NCBI GenBank assembly: GCA_002269645.1
Contig: NIVC01003288.1
Span: 42,325-106,324 of the forward strand
DNA length: 64,000 bases
Reading direction: 5' to 3'
Source of the DNA: Macrostomum lignano
Lineage: Eukaryota
The notes under the pieces are model-generated. The model was not told the DNA's origin, ran no database searches, and saw only the letters and a program-made list of their open reading frames with translations. Below, piece after piece: positions 12,630 through 25,363 of this stretch (position 1 is its first letter; each line of letters begins with the position of its first letter). Made by a program: the position numbers and the translations under genes.

Positions 12630-14305
12630 ATGCGACTGCCTAAACTGTTGCCATTGCTTCTAATTGGAGGACTGGCGACATTGAATGTCGCAATTGCCGA
12701 CGAAATTAACTGCGGCGTCAACCTGCTGTACGAGACGGACCAGACCGTGATAGCGTCGCACCGGCTCTACGGCCGGAAGTCCTACCAGCCGAATTCTGTC
12801 TGCCGGTACATCATCCGCGCCTGGAGCCCCGACTACCGCATCGAGATCACATCGGTGAGTTTTGACCTCGAGTACACTTCCGAGTGTACGGGCGATTCCC
12901 TGACTGTCTATTCGGGCGGAAACGATTCGAGTCCTGTGCTGGGCCGATTCTGCGGATCCCTAGACTGGTCGGTGCTCACGCAGAGCTCGTTTGTGGCTCT
13001 TGTGTTCTCTAGCGATGCTTACCTGGAGAAAGGCGGCTTCCAGCTGCGGTACCGGTTCGTTTCCAAAGACGAGTACCAGAAGCGAATCGCTTGTCCCAAT
13101 GGCTACTTGGCCTGCAACAGTGGCAACGGCTGCTACCCATCCAAGTGGAAGTGCGACGGAATCAAAGACTGCAAGGACGGATCGGACGAACAATTCTGCA
13201 CGAGCACGCTTACCTGTCCAAGTGGCCAGGTTGCCTGCAAGGATAACTCCAAATGCATTTTTTCTGGCTGGTGGTGCGATGGCTTTCGCGACTGTGGTGA
13301 TGGCAGCGATGAGACAAGCTGCAGCGGCGGTGGCAATACCGGTGGCAATACTGGTGGAGGCACTGGAGGCAGCACCGGTGGAAGTACGGGGGGAAGCACT
13401 GGAGGCGGCACAGGTGGCGGAACACGTAAGTTAACGTCTTTTAAGGTCTTTTCAACTCACTCAACGCAATCATGAATTTTCCGGTACTTGAATAGCAGCT
13501 TTCTTGCACTTGAATTACGCCAGACCAGTAACTCAATGCAATTTACTTTGCTCTTGCAGCACCTTCGGGCTGTGGCACGCCAGCCATCCCGCCAGACGAA
13601 ACTCGCATCGTGGGCGGCAAGGAGGCTGTCAAGAACAGCTGGCCCTGGATGGTGTCGCTGCGTCTCTTCGGCGGCCACTTCTGCGGCGGCAGCATCTACA
13701 ACGCTAACTGGATCATCACGGCCGCGCACTGCGTCGAGAACTACATGTCGCCGTCGATGTGGGGCGTTGACGCGGGACGACACTGCCGGGACTGCACTGA
13801 GGCGACGCTGCAGAGACGCAAGGTGACGCAGGTAGTTCGATATCCGAACTACGACTCGAGCCGGACTAACCAGGACCTGGCCATGATGCGGGTGGACCGG
13901 CCGTTCCAGTTCAACTCGCAGGTGTCTCCGGTGTGCCTGCCGAGCTCGCCGGTGTCGAACATGGCCAGCTGTTTCGCCACAGGCTGGGGCAGCACGCAGG
14001 GCACTGGGGACAACACCAGGCTGCTGCAGGTGATGGTGCCGATCGTACCCAACTCGATCTGCGGCGACGCGTCGCATTACGGAGGCGCCATCACCAGCTA
14101 CATGGTGTGCGCCGGCTACGAGCAGGGCGGCAAGGACGCGTGCCAGGGCGACTCCGGCGGGCCGCTCGTGTGCAAGTCCGGCGGAGTCTGGTACCTGCAG
14201 GGCATCACGAGCTGGGGCGAGGGCTGCGCCAAGCCCCAGCGACCGGGAGTGTACACTCGAGTGCAGATGTACACCAGCTGGATCCAGCAGACCGCTTCTG
14301 GATGA
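12630..14305 (+). CDS. Secreted CUB-LDLa-LDLa-trypsin-like serine protease, copy B; exons 12630-13425 and 13560-14305
   Basis: Same architecture as copy A but with a Gly/Thr linker. GTAAG donor at 13426 and TTGCAG acceptor at 13559 join in frame (..GT-P-PSGCGTPAIPPDETR|IVGG). Intact catalytic triad. Confidence 0.95.
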
Positions 14306-15630
14306 GCTGCGAACAACTTGATACTTTTGTTGATTGCTTTCGGCTCTGCAGATTTCTGATTGGATGCAAATCAATATAGTGATATGTTTAATGAGTTGTC
14401 AAGGTATTTGTTTGTTCATTTTATCATAATGGAATTTTTCTCAATAATATAGTATCTTTCATAGTCCTTTTAATCGTTGTTGCTTACGCCTCCTTGGTGC
14501 TTGCTGCAGCCTCCCCCTACTCTCCTATAAAGTCTGCTCTAATGGGTTTTGGAAATATATCCTTAAAAGTAATAGAACTCACTGTGATCTTATTTTTCGT
14601 GCCACACCCTATACTTAAATTTTTTGCTTGAGTGACCATGATAATTAAATTTTAAGCCGAGGCTAATCAGTAAGAGATTTCACATGGTCACTTTGTATGC
14701 TAGCTCGCATTAAGCAATGTTTTAATGTGTGACGCATTACCTACTGCCAACTGTATTATTAATCCTTTAGCACTTGAAATCGTGTTCCCATAATCGCCAT
14801 CGCCTCTTGAGCGGCCTGTTTCCGGGATTTTTTAATAGCGGTGCTCGTTAATTTTCCTGATCGGTTTGCATTCTACGAGGAACAAATGAAATTTATCGGT
14901 CTGGCTTTTGGATTTGCGTCTTAACACACCGAATTTCTAGCCCTTTCGAAGTGTTACTTCCGACGGTAGCTCCAGACATGTTTTACTGAGAAGCACATTA
15001 AAAGTTCTTCTGTACCCATGTGGAGCAGTTGTTGGGATTCGCAAGCCTTTGCAGGCAAAAGTGGACTGGATAGAATTTTAACCCCACCCCACCCCCCCCC
15101 CACGCATTAGGGTGACGGTCTGACGCTCCACCTGTCAGCAGGGAAGCTTCCATTGTCTTTCACCTGGGCGGCTGGCCCAGTACAGGCCTCTGGAAGGCTA
15201 AGGATTCAAGACTGCGCGAGAACAAAACCTCACGCGGGCAAGTGAAGAGGGATCGATGCATACTGAGACACAATTCATAAGACGCAACGCATCTGCATGC
15301 TGTGACAGAAAGCAGCATGAAGGGTAGCAGTTCTCGTGGCCTTACCCGCCTCCTCTACCTGGAAATGAAATCGTAGATGCGTGATGGAGAACTTTCTTTC
15401 TAGGGAGTTTCCCCACGCCTCTCCCTACTTTGTGGTGTTTTGTTCACACAACCATCTACTATGCTCCCCCTTCGTACTTCACGGGCATAAAATACTGGAT
15501 ATCGCCGTGTCTGGCTGCTTTTTTCAGTCCAGATATTCCAATATTAAAACTCATTGAAAGTTTTTTTCATTTCTAAGAAAAACTTCTAATTTCAGTAAAC
15601 TCAAAAAAGCATATTAATTTTGTTTAACTA

Positions 15631-16164
15631 TTCAAACATCCACTCCGAGCGTGCACTGCTGTGACAGCAAATTCAAGCATCCACTCCGAGCGTGCAATGC
15701 TGTGACAGCAAATTCAAGCATCCACTCCGAGCGTGCAATGCTGTGACAGCAAATTCAAGCATCCACTCCGAGCGTGCAATGCTGTGACAGCAAATTCAAG
15801 CATCCACTCCGAGCGTGCAATGCTGTGACAGCAAATTCAAGCATCCACTCCGAGCGTGCAATGCTGTGACAGCAAATTCAAGCATCCACTCCGAGCGTGC
15901 AATGCTGTGACAGCAAATTCAAGCATCCATTCCGAGCGTGCAATGCTGTGACAGCAAATTCAAGCATCCACTCCGAGCGTGCAATGCTGTGACAGCAAAT
16001 TCAAGCATCCACTCCGAGCGTGCAATGCTGTGACAGCAAATTCAAGCATCCACTCCGAGCGTGCAATGCTGTGACAGCAAATTCAAGCATCCACTCCGAG
16101 CGTGCAATGCTGTGACAGCAAATTCAAGCATCCACTCCGAGCGTGCAATGTTGTGACAGCAAAT
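15631..16164. repeat. 41-bp minisatellite, ~13 near-identical copies (AAGCATCCACTCCGAGCGTGCAATGCTGTGACAGCAAATTC)
   Basis: Head-to-tail copies with no spacers; 534 bp / 41 = 13. Confidence 0.95.
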
Positions 16165-18685
16165 ACTGGCAAAAAATCCAATCAAATAAGGGTAAGCGTG
16201 CCTGCACTCTCAGATTCTTCCCAAGTAAAATAATATCTAAAATACCGCTCCGTAGGTCTGTAAGCCTGTACTTTCCGCTCTGGTATTAAATTTCAGCTGA
16301 TGCATCCACAAACATACGGGCCTAAGGCCTTCGCTTATCTCTGCTTCTCCACTTCTCTCTCCTATTTTGTTTTTCCTCTTTCTGGCTTCGCTCTCGACTT
16401 CTCTCGGGCAGTGAGTAGGCGTTGGGCTCGACATCCTTCCGCTGACTCACCGGAGAGCTCTCGAATGGTGCCAAAGCTGGGATCGCAAGACTGAGGGCTC
16501 CAGTCTCTTCAAGGGTCAGGAAAGTAGCAGTCCTTGAAATCAGCTTCCGGATAATTGCTTTTGGATAGTACTTGGACTTTTCCCTTGATTTTTACGTCAA
16601 GTATACCACGATTGGACTCTTAACACCCCGACTCTCGTGTTTCTCAAGTCTCCGGGTTCTCAATGACAGGCCAACGCTAAGGCACAGTGAGTGTTTGCAT
16701 GTACATTCTACTGTGCATAAACCCTTTGCTTATTATCACACACACATTCACGAGTTACGATAGCTAAAATTGGTTTCTCAAACAGTTCTCATGACGCCGA
16801 TTCGAACCTGTTTTACAACTCATAGAGGAGCTCAGTCAGAATCAAAATTCGCTTTCATGAGGATAATAGTGCATCTTCTTGGGTTGAAGTCCTGAGCTGT
16901 TCCAGGCACCCTATCCTACGAGATAATTGATCCTTTGTATCCATTTTTGCCTCACCTGGGAACTTCCATATCTGCTTCAGTTTCTCCTGCCTCTGTCGCA
17001 AGCCATCGCCAGTTCCTCATTTGCTCCCTCTCTTCATCACAGGTGACAACGTGGCGAATACGAAATTATGACGCACAAATTATTCTTTCCCCGCCCCATC
17101 ATTTCCACTTCATCTTTTAAAAGCACCTGGGACGCTCCAAACCGGACAGAAATGCTCACATATGCGGCACAGAACCTGTAATTCGAGCGCCACTCGTGCA
17201 TCACTAAAGTGCAACAGCACCTGTTTTCATTAAAACAGGTTAGACATTGAGACACTTGCGCCGAAACGAAAGTAAATCAAGATATTGACTAATCGTCAAA
17301 TTTTGTATGCATAGACGGATCGATAACAGCTCTGCCATATTGCTGTTGCCTTTGTTCATCCAGATATTTTTGCCTCGCCTGAGCAAGTCGCAGCCAAATC
17401 GATGGGCAGATTTCTCTTCCTCTCGCCAGGCTTCGGGGGATCGGAAAATTTAATTTGAGATCCCGATTGAGAATCTTGTTTCCTGTTTGTTCGAATCATG
17501 GCTGGAGGAAAGTGCAACATACAGATATGTGAGGAACCCAGTGCTCGGCCCTTCCAACTAACTCTTGAATTCAATAAACCTGAGCCAATCCAGGCGACTT
17601 TATCACGCCAGTCTGTAGCATGCGAGTTCCAGTGCCTTCTTTCCATTCAGTTTTGATCAGGTCTGTCAAACTAATCGGTTCTGTTATTGATTTCTAATTT
17701 GCTTGGCTTGCACCTGTGTAGCCGGTAGTCACAAAAAGCTAAGGCCGTTTTATTCGCGAGTACGTCGACTCCGCCATTGTCTGCTTCCGTGGCACTCCCA
17801 GCTTACAAAAGTTCCGCCCTATCTCACTCCTCATCCTACTCGCTTCACCTCACTGACTCCTCATCCTTCTCAAGCGCACTCTTCTCCGCCTCAAGACCTG
17901 TACTGCCTTTCATCTCCACCCCTTGCTGGCCTGATCGTCAGCTGCAACTGAAGTGACTGGCTGCGAGAAAGAAGTGAAGGGAAACTGTAAACACGCTCGT
18001 GCTTGCACCGGGCTGCCTTCCGCCAACCCGCAGCGGCCGAACAACTCTTTACAGAACCGGCCGGTAACAGACAGGGTTCCGTCAGAAGTCTCAGGCATTG
18101 ACGCGCAAAAGTGAGTGGATTCCCCCAAAAAAGTTAAGAAGCGGTAGAAGACCTACTTGAGACGCAGTTGCAGCCCTCCTGGCCTCTTTTGCCCTTTCTC
18201 ATCTCTCTTATGCAGCCGCTTTCATAGAATTTAAATGAACAAAATAATTCACCCGAGAGAGTTTACTGAGGAAAAAAGTACACGTCTCGGAGGGGTGGCA
18301 GTTTCACTTAATGAGGCTCCGTTTCGCAGCGGGGATCCTGGTTGCTGAGTGTACCCTCTTCAGTGCCAAAAAGGTAGCTGCTTCTCAAGCATTAGCGGTA
18401 AATTTCCGATGCTAATAATGCCACCTCTTCCTGTCAATTTTTAAACTCCAATTTAATACTTTTCAACACAATAGCAGCTTTCTCATTCTGCCTGGCATTG
18501 GAACTCAAGTTTGCCACAGAGGTTCCGGTAAGGCACTTATAGTAACTGCCATTATAGCTGCTGGGGACATGAATTGCAGTCCCAACTTTCAGCCACGAGT
18601 GGAAGCAATAAATTACCATTACTTTATTATATATTATGTTCTTTTTTGGCAGCTCGTGCTTAGCGTGTGCTGCCCAGTCCAAAAG

Positions 18686-19074
<389 letters not shown>

Positions 19075-20270
19075 CCTTCTTCATTCCTCACCCTGCCTAT
19101 GTCTGTGCAGCGTGGCGCAAGTTGTTTCCCTGATTCTAAGTCGATGCGTTTAACATATCCGCTCGCAGAACAAACGATTCTTGAAACAAACGTTTTGTTG
19201 AAACGAACCTAAACAAGAACACTAGACGAGAAGCTTTGACGTCAATGATTATTGCTTCTATTTTTTGCTTTCAAACATTCACAAAAAACTAAAAGTAGCT
19301 GAAATTGTTGCGACTCCTTGAAAGTTGAGAGTTGAGTGAAAACAGTCAGTTAGAAAGTTAGCAAAGAAGGTCAGAAGCGCAAGCAAATGCGGGTTGCCTC
19401 TCGATGGCGAAGAAGGTCCAGTGCCTCTACCGCATGAGCACGGCTAGACGCAAGCCTCGGTATAATAACATTTGCCGACCAATCTCTACTTTAAAGTGCA
19501 CTGAGCAATAGAAAGAACTTCTATGCGCCACTGGCAGCCAATTTCCATGGCTGGCTGAGCCCAATCAGAAGGCCGAATGCACTTACTGGGCCAGCCCCCT
19601 GTGACAGCTTACCCGCCAGACTGTATTTCCTGATGCCTGTTTTCTGCCTTTTTTTCCAACGAAAAATCCACTCTGTTTCATTTTGTAATCAAAGAAATGG
19701 CCGATCCGACCCTGTCTGGGCCACTTGAATATGACTCTGCTGGGGGGCATCATTTGATTGAGCCGACACACTGAGACTTGCGATATTCACGCGCTTATAC
19801 GGCTGGACTTGGTTGAAAATTTAATTACAGCGCCCGGTTTCGGCTCTAAATTCCAGCATACTTTACAATTTCTCATTGAAATGAACCGCGCCAAATGCCC
19901 CGCTCTGTTTTAGCCAAGTTTTCACGGTTTTCAGCTTTGACGATGGAAAACTTATTTACGTCAATAATTATTCAGCTCAGTTTCTAACTAATCAATCCAG
20001 ATGAATCGAGATTTCATCCAACTCATTTTTTTGTTTTTCCCCACTGTCTAAGCCGCGGCAGTGTGACTGGCCAGCGGGGCCCAGCGAATCGCCGCTGGTC
20101 GGATGTGGAAAGGAGCCGAGACAGCCCACACGGACTGAAATAGCAGGCCAGATAGTGCATAAAAACAAGGACTGCCGCGGCCCAACTGCTAAAGACGCGC
20201 CGAGGAAGCTCAGGCGGAAAGTGAACTACGCTAAAGTTGGCTTCAAAGTCTGCGGCAGCCAGCTCCAGAT

Positions 20271-21576
20271 ATGCTCACGGGCGAGTGCTCAGTCGGAATC
20301 GGGAATTTGAGTGAGCCAATCAATGAGACGCTATATTTAAGTAAAAAAGCTCAAGCTGATGAGCTGATATTCCACACCATCTGCATCGTGGTGGGCTTGG
20401 TTGGCCTCGTGCTGAACAGCCTGTCACTTATCGTGTTCGCCAAAGTGTTCTTCAAGTCCAGCAAGCGCAATAACTTTCACCTGTTCTTTCTGCTGCTGAG
20501 CTTCTGCGAAATCACGTTCTGCATCGGCAGCGTGATGACCTACTCAATCCAAATGGTCAGCAATACGGAGCCGTACAGTTGGACCGGGTTCGACCCTAGC
20601 CTCGGCGAGAAGGTGGACATTAGTTTTTACTCCTCCGTCAACCTGCCAGGCGGCAGCAGCAACGCTGCGGTGGTGCTCTTCGCCGGGGTGGCCAACCTGT
20701 CCAACTACCTGGCCGTGCTGTCGCAGTTCTCGCGCAACTGCTGGGTCGGCATCACCGCCCTGCTGCGCTGCTACATCGCTACTCGACGAACCAACGTTCA
20801 GGTAAGTCGGGCAATGCAGGATGCCTGCCGGATAGCCACCAGCGTATCATTTGTTAATGACTGAATAAATAAACATTTCACAGGTGAATAAGATTTACGC
20901 CACCAGACGCATACTACTAATGTTCTTCGTGAAGCTCTTCATCATAATCGGGCTGGCCATCGTTCGTACTTACCTAAAGGACCCAGGTAGTTTTATGCGC
21001 ATGGAAGTATACATGTGCAATACCAGCGACTGGGTGACCAGCTCTCGGCTGTTGCTGCATATGCCCAATAAGCAGCCAAAGTACTGGAGCCACGTGGACA
21101 TGGGCTGGAACATCCTGGCGCAGTTTATTCCCCTGGTGGTCATCATCGCCAGCTCCGTGATCCTTGTGTTCTCGCTGCGCAACGGGGCCGGCGTCGGCAG
21201 CAGCAGCGCCGAGAGGAACAAGCGGGTCACTCGCATGGTGATCATCTTTGCCATCACCTTCGCGGTGCTGGAGGGCCCGAGGGCCATCGTCTACGCTATT
21301 CCACGGCATTTGCGCTTGCGCAGACTGCCTCAGGTTACATTTTTTCTGTCGCAAGCGGACTCAATCGTGAACGTGTTCATTTATTTCTTCAATGATCAGC
21401 ACTTTCGGAAGGCTCTGTGCGGAGAGCAACAAGCGAACGGCTCTCGTCAGCCGCGGCCGCCGCAGACGCAGCAGCAACGGGGCTCTTGCGACGCCTGCGA
21501 GGAGGTTGGCATGCTACCAACCAGAGACAGACGGAAAAGCTCTGGCCTGGAGGGACAGGACCCAGCCGAGGAATAA
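20271..21576 (+). CDS. Orphan class A (rhodopsin-like) GPCR, peptide-receptor-like; exons 20271-20801 and 20884-21576 (~407 aa)
   Basis: Seven hydrophobic segments: TM1 GLVGLVLNSLSLIVF, TM3 end ALLRCYIA (DRY-equivalent), TM6 RVTRMVIIFAITFAVLEGP, TM7 DSIVNVFIYFF followed by helix-8 FRKAL. An 82-bp phase-0 intron CAG|GTAAGT...CAG|GTG joins the two ORFs. Confidence 0.88.
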
Positions 21577-23465
21577 CTCATTTTAGCATCGCACGCTAAG
21601 CATCGGCTTGCGCAAACAGCGGTACCCGAAAAGCCTGGGAACTTGGTTGGCTGTCCCAGCCTCGCAGGTCCTGGGAGGGCGGTGTGGTGCATAATGCATG
21701 AAAATTAAACAAAAATGCTTTGCTGTCAATTTTAACTGCCTGGCTTGGACAAACTTTCTCCCCATCCCTACTCTTTCCGCCGCTGTCGTATTTTCTTTTT
21801 TTGCCTCCCCCCACCGCTGCTAGTTTCCAGTTTCCTATAAATTCCCTCCTGAGCATCGGCAAGCGAGCAGCAAAAGAAAATAAGAAGGTAGAAATTTCTG
21901 GACTTGGAATAGAACTCACCCTCAGAAGGTGCGTCCTCACGTGCATACCCGGCGTTCGATTCTCGCTAATTGCACACAACTTTTTTGACACCTGTGTTTG
22001 CTTGTTCGTTCTGTCGGTTAGAATGTCTTTTAGAATGAAATTCGCCAGTTCGGTGTTGACCTACCCGAGTGAAATGTCAATTTGGACAGCCGGCTGAGGG
22101 CTGCCAGGCTAATTTGTTCTTCGATAAGAGTCGGTGACTTTGGCAAAGAAGCAAGACTAACACAGTTTAGCGTAGCTGAGCCACAGCACAGATACCTGTG
22201 CAAGCTGTCAGCGCATTGAGCCAGTCCGATCTGCACCTTTGTTTTTTAGTCAGTAATTAATTAGCCTGTTCTGTATCACGTCCGACTTTATACTTTCTCA
22301 TCACCAATGGCGCCATCACGCTCTGTTCAATATGCTATACGAGCTTTATTTTGTTTATTTCGAAAACTAGACTGTTGTAGAAATAAAGCCGCTGCAGATA
22401 AGACGCTTACCTGTCGCTGACCAGGTCCTGGCTGGGTCCTGCATGGCCAGCCCGAAAAAGTTGGCATTCGACTTGGCGATTTGTTGAAAAAGCAGGAGAG
22501 GGTGGGGAGGGGAGCAGAAATCCAACTTCAGATGGGCTCCGGCTCTCGATCAAGATTGTGCCTCAGTTGTTCTTTTTCCAATTGCCTTCGTCAATGTTTG
22601 TCCAGTCATTGCCATTCAGAAGTCGCGTGTGTCCGCTGGCCTTCCCTCCCTCTGAGTTGGAATGCTAAATAAAAGACAGAAAAATGGGGAGATTTGTGAC
22701 CGCCTCCGAGCGCTCGGGGACGCTTGCTGGACAGAAATTTCCGCTAACAAACCTGGAAATATTAGAACCCACCTGCTGCCTCGTCTTTACCTCTCGCTTC
22801 ACAATTTCTTGGCTTGCCCAGAAATTTCTAGCTCTCAGCCGTGCCCCTCTCTGCTTGCTGCCCGTCAGTTCCCAGATGCCGTTCCTCACCGATCTCGGAG
22901 CAGCCCCCGTCTGCTGCCTGTCACAAAGAAGCATTCTCAGCTTACTCGGACGAAGAACGAAGTCTCGCTCAGCCTGTCTATTCCTATGCCGCCGCTATTT
23001 CCCCTGCATCATGCGGCGCCTTCGTGTCCAACTGTGCGCCTGGCGTTCCGTCTGGCTAAGGCCGAAGTGTGCGTACGAAGTTCGTAGATAGTAAATTTCT
23101 CTGCGAAGATTTGACAGCTATTAATTCTGATAATCACGCTTCTGTGCCAGGTTCGCAACTCTAAATTTAGTTTAGATAATCTTACAGCCGCTCAATCAGC
23201 GGCTTTGTGTGATAATAGCACCATCCCTACCCATAAAAGACAATGCAAAAGTCAAGCTAAAAACACCGAAGTCCAAATTAAGCTTGACTTTTCATCCAAA
23301 AAGTATCCAAAATTTTGACAGGCGAAAATTTGCGGTGCCACATTACGATTACCATACGACGATTACCATACGATACGATAATATGTTACGAAAACTTCTA
23401 AATATTCTTGTACCAACCTCTGTGTCCCTACCCGGACTCCCCTACTCCCCTTCAGAAACCATAAC

Positions 23466-24393
23466 CTCAGACTCCCGACCCCAAAATCCCCACCCCAGAC
23501 TCCCTACCCCAGACTCCCTACCCCAGACTCCCCACCCCAGACTCCCTACCCCAGACTCCCTACCCCAGACTCCCTACCCCAGACTCCCTACCCCAGACTC
23601 CCTACCCCAGACTACCCACCCAGACTCCCCACCCCAGACTCCCTACCCCAGACTCCCTACCCCAGACTCCCTAACCCAGACTCCCTACCCCAGACTACCC
23701 ACCCCAGACTCCCCACCCCAGACTCCCCACCCCAGACTCCCTACCCCAGACTCCCCACCCCAGACTCCCCACCCCAGACTCCCTACCCCAGACTCCCTAC
23801 CCCAGACTCCCTACCCCAGACTCCATACCCTAGACTCCCTACCCCAGACTCCCTACCCCAGACTCCCTACCCCAGACTCCCTACCCCAGACTCCCTACCC
23901 CAGACTCCCTACCCCAGACTCCCCACCCCAGACTCCCCACCCCAGACTCCCTACCCCAGACTCCCTACCCCAGACTCCCTACCCCAGACTCCATACCCTA
24001 GACTCCCTACCCCAGACTCCCTACCCCAGACTCCCCACCCCAGACTCCCTACCCCAGACTCCCTACCCCAGACTCCCTACCCCAGACTCCATACCCTAGA
24101 CTCCCTACCCCAGACTCCCTACCCCAGACTCCCCACCCCAGACTCCCTACCCCAGACTCCCTACCCCAGACTCCCTACCCCAGACTCCCTACCCCAGACT
24201 CCCTACCCCAGACTCCCTACCCCAGACTCCCTACCCCAGACTCCCTACCCCAGACTCCCTACCCCAGACTCCCCACCCCAGACTCCCCACCCCAGACTCC
24301 CTACCCCAGACTCCCCACCCCAGACTCCCCACCCCAGACTCCCTACCCCAGACTCCCCACCCCAGACTCCCTACCCCAGACTCCCCACCCCAG
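23466..24393. repeat. 15-bp C-rich minisatellite (CCCCAGACTCCCTAC / CCCCAGACTCCCCAC), ~60 units
   Basis: Direct reading; accounts for the spurious Pro-rich ORF 23209-24099. Confidence 0.95.
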
Positions 24394-25202
24394 AGCCAGA
24401 ATCCCGCAAGCCCATCACTCAGACCCTTATAGCTGGTTTCCACACACCATTGGAAATATGCGTGACCGTCTCTAACCCATTGAAAGCGGCAATGAATGAA
24501 ATCTTGCTGTCTTGCCAATACAAAGCTAATGGTGTGGGACTCAAAATTAATCAATCGCACGGAAAAGTGTTCGAAAGTCAGCTAATTCCCAATGGTTCGC
24601 CAATCCGGACTATATTTCTGTATTAAGGTAAAACACACGGAGAGGAGAGAAGGGAGGAAGGCTGCTTAGTCGCAGTCGAGCCGCGAGAGTCCCAGTCAAA
24701 CAGCCACGGCCTGGCGCATGACAATATAAATCAGCGCCTGGGTGGGCAGAATGAATCAAAGCAAAGATTTTAGAGCCTCTCTGCCCAGCCACCTCTTGCC
24801 GACAGCAGATTCTGATAACTAGTGCGTGACAGCTCTGCGGAATCGCAGGCGTGCCGTGAATGCCTGCTTCACAGCTTAAACAGCTTAAGCTTTGCTGTTC
24901 TGTTGGCTTTTAATGGATCAGACTCTGCTAACTGATATTAAAAAATATGCATGCATATACATATACTCGTATTTACGGACTTATCGAACTTGATCTGCAA
25001 CTCAACTTAGGAAATTGCCATTGATGCTGCAATGCTGACTCAGTTTTTTAAATAGAACCTCACCATATCGCTAAGGGAGTTCAGGGAGGATGGTTTTTTG
25101 TTAGTTTTTGTTTTTACCGGGCATATATTATCGAATGGCCAATGCAGTGCAATGGGCCGCAGTGCAATGCAATGACTTGTTACAGAAGAGCATGGAAGAA
25201 GG

Positions 25203-25363
25203 GGGTGTAGTTAGTGTGTCCGACTCACGACTGAAAGGTCGGGGGATCGATTCTCGACCCACTCGGAACAGTTTGTGTCATTGAGCAAGACGATTAACTC
25301 TGCATTGCTTTCAGTTCACCCAGCTGTAAAATGGTTGCCAGCATTAGCTGGGGTAATTGAGGG
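25203..25363 (+). mobile_element. tRNA-derived CORE-SINE, copy 1
   Basis: tRNA-like head (GGTGTAGTTAG box A-like, GGATCGATTC degenerate box B). It is followed by TGTGTCATTGAGCAAGACGATTAACTCTGC...CCCAGCTGTAAAATGG and a tail GCCAGCATTAGCTGGGGTAATTGAGGG shared with copy 2 at 45081. Confidence 0.75.

Noticed and set aside
15631-16164. CRISPR-like array
   Set aside because: Units are head-to-tail with no unique spacers, there are no cas genes, and the context is eukaryotic
23209-24560. Pro-rich 296-aa ORF and antisense GWGV ORF
   Set aside because: Stop-free by-products of the 15-bp minisatellite; no splice or codon evidence
25203-25270. tRNA gene (also 45081-45150)
   Set aside because: No complete cloverleaf or acceptor stem; continues into a SINE core and tail
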